DNA of 64,000 nt from an uncultured delta proteobacterium (GTDB taxonomy: Bacteria > Myxococcota_A > Polyangia > Fen-1088): positions 2,752,001 to 2,816,000 of the forward strand of contig CAVYGB010000008.1 of assembly GCA_963767925.1 (NCBI GenBank), read 5' to 3'. The notes under the pieces are model-generated. The model worked only from the letters and a program-made list of their open reading frames with translations. It was not told where the DNA came from and did no database searches. The position numbers and the translations under genes are program-made. Every line of letters starts with the position of its first letter. Position 1 is the stretch's first letter. Below are positions 56,951 through 64,000 of this stretch, in pieces.

Positions 56951-58744
56951 ATGCCCAGCGTGAGCACGGAGCTGTTACCCGGGGCTCGTCCGGCGGAGGT
57001 CTTGGCCGGAGCGGACGGCGAGCGCATCGGAAAGTACGAGATCGTCCGGGTCATCGCCCGCGGTGGCACCGCCACGGTCTACGAGGCGGTCGATCCCGAC
57101 CTGGGACGGCGGGTGGCGGTCAAGGTGCTGCGGGAAGGGACCATCGATCGGCTGCGCCTCGAGGCCACCGCCGCCGCGCGCCTGCACCACCCCAACATCG
57201 TGACCGTGCACGAGGTGGGGCCGAACTTCATCGTGATGGACTACATCCCCGGGCGCACGCTGGCGGTGGCGATGCCGCCGCTGCCGCTGGCCCAGCGGGT
57301 TCAGCTCATCGCCACGGTGGCCCGCGCCGTCGACCACGCCCACACCCAGGGGGTCGTCCACCGCGACCTCAAGCCGGGCAACATCCTCATGCAGACCGAC
57401 GGGCGGATCGTGCTCACCGACTTCGGTCTGGCCAAGATCAGCGGCGGCGAGGATCTCACCGTCACCGGCGGCGTGATGGGGACGCCGCAATACATGGCCC
57501 CCGAACAGGTGCGGGGCAAGGGCTTCGGCACGCCGGTCGACGTCTGGGCCCTCGGGGTCCTGCTCTACGTCGCCACCTGCGGGCGCCACCCGTTCGACGC
57601 CGACTCCGTGCTCGACATCTACGATCAGATCACCCGGCGGGAGCCCACCCCGCTGCGCGGGCCCCTGGGCGCCATCTGCGCCAAGGCGATGGAGAAGGAG
57701 CCGCGGCGGCGGTACCCCCACGCCGCCGCGCTGGCCGACGATCTGGACCGCTACCTGCGGGGCCAGCCGGTCTCGGTCTCGCAGATCTGGCCGCGCCTGC
57801 GGCGGCGGTTGCCGCTGGCGGCGGGCGCCCTGGCCGCCCTCACCCTGGCCGGGGGCCTGTACCTGCAGCACCGGGCCGCCGTGCGGGCGGCGCGCGAATC
57901 GTCCTTCGCCCCGGCCGAGGCGCGCCTGGCGAAGTACCAGATCGGGGAGGACGCCGCCACCGCCGCGCTCGAGCGCGAGCCCAACAACGTCAAGCACCTG
58001 ATCGCCCGCAGCCAGTCCCGGCAGGCCCGCGCCGACTACGGACGGGACCACGGCCGCAACCCCCTGCTCGACTACGCTCGGGCGGAGGAGGACGCCCGCA
58101 GCGCCATCACCGCCGATCCGCAGTCGAGCCAGGCCTGGCTGCAGCTCAGCCGGGTCAAGACCCAGCGCGGGGTCTACCAGAGCCGCTACGGGCTCGACCC
58201 CCTCGAGGAGCTCGCCGCCGCGGAGGCCGACCTCATCCAGGCCAACCTCCCCTCGCTCGAGTTCCGGCGCTGGCGGGGCAACCTGCGCTTCCACCGCGGG
58301 GCCTATCTCGCCCGCATCGGCAACCAGACCGACGCCCACAAGGACTTCACTCAGGCCGAGGCCGACTTCAGCCCGGCGGCCGATCCCGACGCTTTCATGC
58401 GGCGGGGGTGGGTGCGGGCGGCCCTCGGCAAGTTCGACCTCGCCGACCAGGACTTCGCCATCGCGCTCGACGCCAAGCCCCGCAACGCCTGGGCCTGGAC
58501 TCGCCGGGGCGAAGCCCGGCTGCAGGCCGGCGACCTCGACGCCGCCCACCGCTTCCTCAGCGATTCGATCCGCATCGATCCGACCCGGGCTGACTCCTGG
58601 GAGCAGCGGGGGCACGTCCGCTTTGCCCGGGGCGCCCTGGCCGACGCCGTCACCGACTTCAAGCAGGCCATCCTGCTCAACCCGGCCATCGCCCCCTTGC
58701 TCGCCGATCGCCTGCGCGAGGCCGAGCTGGGCCGCCGCCCCTGA
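56951..58744 (+). CDS. Ser/Thr protein kinase with C-terminal TPRs
   Basis: VAVKVL, HRDLKPGN, DFGLAK, GTPQYMAPEQ; TM; TPRs. Confidence 0.92.
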   Translation: MPSVSTELLPGARPAEVLAGADGERIGKYEIVRVIARGGTATVYEAVDPDLGRRVAVKVLREGTIDRLRLEATAAARLHHPNIVTVHEVGPNFIVMDYIPGRTLAVAMPPLPLAQRVQLIATVARAVDHAHTQGVVHRDLKPGNILMQTDGRIVLTDFGLAKISGGEDLTVTGGVMGTPQYMAPEQVRGKGFGTPVDVWALGVLLYVATCGRHPFDADSVLDIYDQITRREPTPLRGPLGAICAKAMEKEPRRRYPHAAALADDLDRYLRGQPVSVSQIWPRLRRRLPLAAGALAALTLAGGLYLQHRAAVRAARESSFAPAEARLAKYQIGEDAATAALEREPNNVKHLIARSQSRQARADYGRDHGRNPLLDYARAEEDARSAITADPQSSQAWLQLSRVKTQRGVYQSRYGLDPLEELAAAEADLIQANLPSLEFRRWRGNLRFHRGAYLARIGNQTDAHKDFTQAEADFSPAADPDAFMRRGWVRAALGKFDLADQDFAIALDAKPRNAWAWTRRGEARLQAGDLDAAHRFLSDSIRIDPTRADSWEQRGHVRFARGALADAVTDFKQAILLNPAIAPLLADRLREAELGRRP

Positions 58745-58817
58745 AAAGAGCGCGGGCGGCCCCTCCGCACCGTGAGGTGCGAAAGAGCCGCCCGCTGGTT
58801 GCGCCCGTCATCGCCCG

Positions 58818-59831
58818 CTACGGCACCGGCGTCGGGGTGCGCGACGGGTCGGGGGTCGGCAGCGTGGGGTCGGCCGGCCGGGTCGGGTCGGGCGCCCTCA
58901 TGGGGTCGGGCGCGGTCGGGTCGGGCGCCCTCATGGGGTCGGGCACCGGCACCGGTTCGGGCGTCGGCACCGGCACCGGGCGGCGGCCCTGCAGCGCGCG
59001 CTCGTCGGTCGTCGGGTTGGCGGCCCGGCCGCCGGAGGTGTCCTGGAGCTGCTTGGCGTGCTCCAGGTGCCGCTCGACCGAGGTCTGGAGGTCGGTCAGC
59101 AGGGCGTCGAACTCGGGCTGATCGACCTTGTCCTTCGAGGTCTCGAGGAGCTGCAGCGCCTCCTCGTGACCCTTCTGCATCGCGGTCACGAACCCGCGAT
59201 CGAACCTGGCCCCCTTGAGAGCCTTCAACTTGGCCACCTTCTGCTTGCTGCTGGCGTCGAGGGCGACGGGGGCCGGACCGGGTTCGGCCGTGCCCGCGGC
59301 GGGCGCCGCCGGCGCGGACGTCGTCAACAGGATGTTGTTCTTTGTCGCGAACTCGACGACCTTGCGGTCGGCCGCCTCGTGATCTTCGACGAGCTGGCGG
59401 CCGTAGCCCTTGATCTCCTCGTTGGTGCCGCGCTCTTCGGCCACCTTTCCGGCGGCGATCTCGAGCGCGTTCACCTTGCGGATCTCGGTGAGGGACCGCC
59501 TGGCCTCCTCCATCTGCACCGACGTCAGCTCGGTGCGGGCCGTGCCCAGCGGAGCGGCCTCACCGCGGACGGGCTCCTCCGCCGGGATGGTGGGCGGCGG
59601 CGGCGTGACCTGGTTGCCCGGCATGCCGGGTGTGTTGGCGCTCGGAGTGGCCCCCGGCGTTGTCGCAGGATTGGTGGCGCTCGGGGTGGCGCTCGGGTTC
59701 GTGGCGGCGCCCGGGTTGGCGGCCGGCGGGCTCTCGTACGACCGCTCGCTGCGGTTGCAGGAGGCCGCGAAACCCAGCAGGCCGAGGCACATCGCGCCCG
59801 CCAGGGTGTTGCGAAATGGGAACTTGGTCAT
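58818..59831 (-). CDS. DUF4142-type lipoprotein with Pro-rich repeat tail
   Basis: AASC lipobox, EI.AGK.A..., YG..LV.DH, FD..F...M..GH, HLEHAKQL. Confidence 0.82.
   Translation of the reverse strand: MTKFPFRNTLAGAMCLGLLGFAASCNRSERSYESPPAANPGAATNPSATPSATNPATTPGATPSANTPGMPGNQVTPPPPTIPAEEPVRGEAAPLGTARTELTSVQMEEARRSLTEIRKVNALEIAAGKVAEERGTNEEIKGYGRQLVEDHEAADRKVVEFATKNNILLTTSAPAAPAAGTAEPGPAPVALDASSKQKVAKLKALKGARFDRGFVTAMQKGHEEALQLLETSKDKVDQPEFDALLTDLQTSVERHLEHAKQLQDTSGGRAANPTTDERALQGRRPVPVPTPEPVPVPDPMRAPDPTAPDPMRAPDPTRPADPTLPTPDPSRTPTPVP
58881..58944. repeat. 33-bp-period coding tandem duplication (APDPMRAPDPT)
   Basis: GGTCGGGTCGGGCGCCCTCATGGGGTCGGGC at 58881 and 58914. Confidence 0.8.
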
Positions 59832-60000
59832 GGTTCTTTTCTCCCTTCCTGCGCGCCAACCTGCGGCTGTCACCGGACGCGCGAAATGGGGAGGGACGCT
59901 GAACGGAAGCCGTCCTGCGCTGGATCGATGTTGCCCCCGTCGGGGGCGAATTATCTGCGCCGACCGCAAGGATCGGCGAGGACAGCGAAATCGCGGGCGG

Positions 60001-60489
60001 TCAGCCGCGGGCGCGCCGGCAGCGCTCGCACAGGCCGAACAGCTCGTGCCGGTGGTGGCTCAGCTCGAACCCGTGCTGGCCCGCGACGGACTCCTGCAGC
60101 TCCTCGATCCGCTCGCTCATGAACTCGACGATCAGGCCGCAGCGCTCGCACACCAGGTGATCGTGGTGGGCGCGGCCGAGCGCGACCTCGTACAGCGTGG
60201 TGCCCGAGCCGAAGTCGCGGGCGTGGGCCAGCCCCGCTTCCGCGAGCAGGCGCATCGTCCGGTAGACGGTCGCCATGCCGACGCTCGGGTTCTTCCGGCG
60301 CACCCGTTCGAGGATCGACTCGAGGTTGACGTGCTCGCGGGCGGCCAGGAACGTGTCGACGACCAGATCGCGCACCTTGGATTCGTGGAGGCCTTTCGCC
60401 TTCAGGTAGGCGCGCAGCGGGCGTTTGACCTCCTTGGCATCTCGCAGCGAGCCGCCTTCCGCCTTGTCGGGTCCACTCACCCTGGCCAT
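60001..60489 (-). CDS. Fur family transcriptional regulator
   Basis: ATVYRTM.LL, HHDHLVCERC, terminal LCERC; AGGAAGG Shine-Dalgarno. Confidence 0.92.
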   Translation of the reverse strand: MARVSGPDKAEGGSLRDAKEVKRPLRAYLKAKGLHESKVRDLVVDTFLAAREHVNLESILERVRRKNPSVGMATVYRTMRLLAEAGLAHARDFGSGTTLYEVALGRAHHDHLVCERCGLIVEFMSERIEELQESVAGQHGFELSHHRHELFGLCERCRRARG

Positions 60490-60637
60490 GCCCTTCCTTC
60501 TAGCAAATCTCCGCGCGTCCCGCTGTAGGTCTGGTCGGTAACCGGCCTCCGGGCAGATGCCGTGATCCACGGCCCTCGCCCGCTCAAGGTTGGGCGACAC
60601 CTTCCGTATCAGGTACTGGGGGCGGGAGGGGGTAGAG

Positions 60638-61426
60638 ATGGCGTTCGAGGCGTTCGTCGCGGCCGGGAGAGCCCGGGGCGACCGGGCAAGGCGGGTGGGG
60701 CTGATGGTGTCGCTGGCGCTGCACCTGCCGCCGGTGGCGCTGTTCGCGCTGCAACTGGTCGTCCGCCCGGTCCTGGTGGAGCGCATCGAGGAGCCACCCG
60801 GCGCGGCCCCGGTGGTGCCGGTCCGCATCGCGGGCCTGTTTGCCCGGCCGCGGGCCCTGGTCGAGCCCGCCCCGCCCGAGCCGCGGGTGCTGCGCGAGGC
60901 CGCGCCCCGCAAGCGGGCCGGACACACCCCCGCCAGCTCGCCGGTCAGCCGCCGGCCCCCGGCGCTCGAGCTGGCCAAGGGCGGAGCGGTGCTGGTGCGC
61001 GAGCCGGTGGCCCCCCCAGCGGAGGTCGCCGACCTGGAGCGGGCCGCCGCCGCCTTCCGCAGCGCGATCCTCGGGCCGACGGCCGACCTTCCGGCGCAGC
61101 CCGGTGACCCCGAGGGAGCTCTCATCCCGGGGCCTGCCCAGGAGCTGTCGGCCGGCGCGGCCGCCTACCTGCGCACCTACGAGACCTTCCCTTCCCTGCC
61201 CGACGGCTCCTGGTCCTGGACCCGGCGGACCTACGTGTTCCACCTGCAGGTCTGCGTGACGGAGAGCGGGCAGGTCGACGACGTGGTCATGCAGCGCGGG
61301 ACCCGGCCCGATCTCGACGCCCACCTCAGCCGGGCGGTGCGGACCTGGCGCTACCGGCCCTGGATCGTGTCCGGCTCGGCGCGTCCCTTCTGCCACCCCA
61401 TGCGCATCACCTACAGCCGGGGCTGA
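60638..61426 (+). CDS. TonB-like energy transducer
   Basis: SLALH TM motif, Pro-rich spacer, CV..SGQV, AVRTWRYRP. Confidence 0.75.
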   Translation: MAFEAFVAAGRARGDRARRVGLMVSLALHLPPVALFALQLVVRPVLVERIEEPPGAAPVVPVRIAGLFARPRALVEPAPPEPRVLREAAPRKRAGHTPASSPVSRRPPALELAKGGAVLVREPVAPPAEVADLERAAAAFRSAILGPTADLPAQPGDPEGALIPGPAQELSAGAAAYLRTYETFPSLPDGSWSWTRRTYVFHLQVCVTESGQVDDVVMQRGTRPDLDAHLSRAVRTWRYRPWIVSGSARPFCHPMRITYSRG

Positions 61427-61529
61427 ACCCCCGGCGCCCGGGCGCCATCGGGAAAAATCGTTCTCGAATCGAGGGCGCGCCCCGTCAAGATGGTTGACGG
61501 CACCCCCCGGCTTCGACGAGACAGAAGGC

Positions 61530-63077
61530 ATGACCTACCCAGCTCGCGCCTGTGCCCCTGTCCTGGTCGCCTGCTCCCTCTGGCTGTTCGCAGCACCGCT
61601 CCCCGCCCGCGCGGACGCCATCGGCGCCTTCGAGGCGGCCTCCGACGTGGGGCAGGTGCACGCCCCCGGCTCCTCGCAGTTCGAGGCGGCCCGCGACGAA
61701 TATCGGCTCACCGGCGGCGGCGCGAACATGTGGGAGACCCAGGACGGGTTTCATTTCCTGTCGAAGAAGCTGACCGGCGATCTGACCCTGCGGGCGGCGG
61801 TCGCCTTCCCCGACAAGAAGGGGAACGCCCACCGCAAGGCCGGCTTGCTGGTGCGCCAGACCCTCGACGCCGATTCGCCCTACGCCGACGCCATCGTGCA
61901 CGCCGACGGGCTCGTGTCGCTGCAATACCGCCTGCAAAAGGGCGGACCCACCCTCGAGATCCAGTCGCCCTGGAAGCTGAAAGCCACGGGGAAGGCGCGG
62001 GCCACCCTCCAGCTCGAGCGGCACGGGGACGTCTTTTCGCTCTCGGTGGCGCCCGACGGCAAGACCTTCCGGCCGGTGGGCGCGGTGAGCGTGCCGCTCG
62101 GCGGGCAGACCGAGCCGGTCCACGTCGGCCTGGCGGTCTGCTCCCACGAGGCGACCGCCCTGGCCAGCGCCGTCTTCACCGGGGTGGCGCTCGAGAACGC
62201 CGGCCCGGTGGCGGAGAAGGCGCGGGTGCTGGAGAGCCGGCTCGAGACCATCACCATCCCCGGCGGCCAGCGCCAGTTGGTCTACCAGACCCGCGATCAC
62301 ATCGAGGCGCCGAACTGGTCGCGCGACGGGCGCACCCTGCTGTTCAACGGCGGCGGCAAGCTCTACACCATCCCGGTCAAGGGCGGCACACCCACCCAGC
62401 TCGACACCGGCGACGCCGCCAAGCTCAACAACGACCACGGCTATTCACCGGACGGCAAGACCCTGGTCGTCAGCCACGAGCCGGCCGGCACCTCGCTGAT
62501 CTACGTCCTGCCCGCCAAGGGCGGGCCGCTCCGCCAGGTCACCGCGCTGGGGCCCTCGTACTGGCACGGCTGGTCGCCCGACGGCAAGACGCTGGCCTAC
62601 TGCGCGAGCCGGAACGACGAATACGACATCTACACGATCGCCACCAGCGCGGATAACTCCAAGGAAGAGAAGCGCCTCACGACCAGCCCCGGCCTCGACG
62701 ACGGCCCCGACTACTCGCACGACGGCAAGAGCATCTACTTCAACTCGGAGCGGACCGGGCAGATGCACATCTTCCGCATGAAGACCGACGGCTCCGAGCA
62801 GACCCAGATCACCTCCGAGGACGCCTGGGCCGACTGGTTCCCCCACCCCTCTCCCTCGGGCAAGTGGATGGTGTTCCTCTCCTACGAGAAGGGGGTCAAG
62901 GGCCACCCGCCCAACAAGGACGTGGCCCTGCGGCTGCTGCCCCTGGGCGGCAAGGCCAAGGCCGAGCCCCGGCTGCTGACCCGCCTGTTCGGCGGGCAGG
63001 GGACGATCAACGTCCCGTCCTGGTCGCCCGACAGCCGCTCGGTCGCCTTCGTCAGCTACCGGCTGGTCAAGCCCTGA
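61530..63077 (+). CDS. Secreted TolB-like (PD40 repeat) protein
   Basis: EAPNWSRDG, NNDHGYSPDG, SYWHGWSPDG, DDGPDYS, WFPHPSP, GGQGTINVPSWSPD. Confidence 0.88.
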   Translation: MTYPARACAPVLVACSLWLFAAPLPARADAIGAFEAASDVGQVHAPGSSQFEAARDEYRLTGGGANMWETQDGFHFLSKKLTGDLTLRAAVAFPDKKGNAHRKAGLLVRQTLDADSPYADAIVHADGLVSLQYRLQKGGPTLEIQSPWKLKATGKARATLQLERHGDVFSLSVAPDGKTFRPVGAVSVPLGGQTEPVHVGLAVCSHEATALASAVFTGVALENAGPVAEKARVLESRLETITIPGGQRQLVYQTRDHIEAPNWSRDGRTLLFNGGGKLYTIPVKGGTPTQLDTGDAAKLNNDHGYSPDGKTLVVSHEPAGTSLIYVLPAKGGPLRQVTALGPSYWHGWSPDGKTLAYCASRNDEYDIYTIATSADNSKEEKRLTTSPGLDDGPDYSHDGKSIYFNSERTGQMHIFRMKTDGSEQTQITSEDAWADWFPHPSPSGKWMVFLSYEKGVKGHPPNKDVALRLLPLGGKAKAEPRLLTRLFGGQGTINVPSWSPDSRSVAFVSYRLVKP

Positions 63078-64000
63078 CCGGGGACGGACCCAGCGGCTGG
63101 TAACGGACGGCTGGCGCCCGGCGCTCGACCGCCGACTCGGCCGCCTGGGCCAGCCGCAGGAGCAGGTGCTCCTGCCACCAGCGGCCGATCGCCTGCATGC
63201 CGACCGGCAGGCCGGCCGCGGTGTAGCCGGCCGGGAAGCTGATGGCCGGCAGCCCGGTGAAGTTGGCGGCCACGATGAAGCGCATGAGCGCCGACAGGGT
63301 CACCAGGTCGGACTCCCCGGCGGCGAGCGCCTGCGGGCGGATCACCGGCGCCGGGCAGGCGGTGGTGGGCGTGACGATGACGTCGACCTTGGCGAGGGCG
63401 GCCCGGAAGTGGGCGATCGATTCGGTGCGCACCCGCTGGGCCAGCAGGTAGTCACGGCCGGTGAAGGTGCGGGCCACCGCGATGTTGATGCGCGTCTCGG
63501 CCGAGAGCTGGTCCTGCCGGCCGCGGGCGTAGACGCTCTCGAGGGCGCTCGCGATCTCGGTGACGATGGTGATGGCGTGGCCCACCCGCAGCGGCTCGAG
63601 CTCCGGGATCTCGAGGTCGACCAGGTGGGCCCCCTGCCGCTCGAGGAAGGCGAGGGTCCCCTCGCAGGCCCGCACCAGCGCCGGGTCGGCGTCCTGGAAC
63701 CAGGCGCGGTACACGCCGAGGCGCAAGCCGGCGACGCCGTCGTGGAGGCCCGCGAGGATCACCGGGGGCCCGCCGGCGGAGATGGAGTCGAGGGGATCGG
63801 GTCCCGCGCAGGTGGCGTAGGCCAGCGCGCAGTCGAGGGCGGTGGCGGCCAGCGGACCGACGTGGGCCACCGTCCAGCAGATGGGAAAGGCCCCCTGCTC
63901 GCTGACCCGGCCGAAGGTCGGCTTCAGGCCGACCACGCCGCACAGGGCGGCGGGGATGCGGATCGAGCCGCCGCCGTCGGCCCCCAGGGCGATCGGCACC
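63067..64000 (-). CDS. Amidase signature family protein (5' end outside window)
   Basis: GADGGGSIRIPAALCGVVGLKPTFGR, GLPAISFP.G, GLPVGMQ. Confidence 0.92.
   Translation of the reverse strand, partial: VPIALGADGGGSIRIPAALCGVVGLKPTFGRVSEQGAFPICWTVAHVGPLAATALDCALAYATCAGPDPLDSISAGGPPVILAGLHDGVAGLRLGVYRAWFQDADPALVRACEGTLAFLERQGAHLVDLEIPELEPLRVGHAITIVTEIASALESVYARGRQDQLSAETRINIAVARTFTGRDYLLAQRVRTESIAHFRAALAKVDVIVTPTTACPAPVIRPQALAAGESDLVTLSALMRFIVAANFTGLPAISFPAGYTAAGLPVGMQAIGRWWQEHLLLRLAQAAESAVERRAPAVRYQPLGPSPVRA

Overview
GC-rich (visibly about 70%) chromosomal segment, most likely from a myxobacterium (Myxococcota), judged from a MYXO-CTERM protein, PEGA proteins, eukaryotic-like Ser/Thr kinases and a PilR-like regulator. 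The first ~43 kb is mostly core genes: hemW-hrcA-grpE-dnaK-dnaJ plus three coupled genes; cysteine desulfurase-thiI-larE; dnaE; rluD-pgeF; an M16 peptidase; a PilR-like/methyltransferase/GT2 surface-modification cluster; and larB-larC-histidine kinase. After tRNA-Ala(GGC) at 43.1 kb the content is accessory: secreted and lipoprotein genes, two Fur-box-like sites, paired sulfatase-like transferases, and fur/tonB/tolB-like genes. I saw no CRISPR array, rRNA, transposase or integrase. Four or five single-base frameshifts in short homopolymers look like assembly errors. Best leads: (1) a split nickel-pincer (NPN) cofactor pathway with no larA in the window, where an Fe-S-type LarE sits behind a cysteine desulfurase-ThiI pair and larBC is coupled to a sensor kinase; (2) a putatively Fur-controlled beta-propeller lipoprotein coupled to a 'half' cupredoxin; (3) a recurrent -10/7-nt/start-codon leaderless geometry. 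All product calls come from motif recognition by eye, not database searches.
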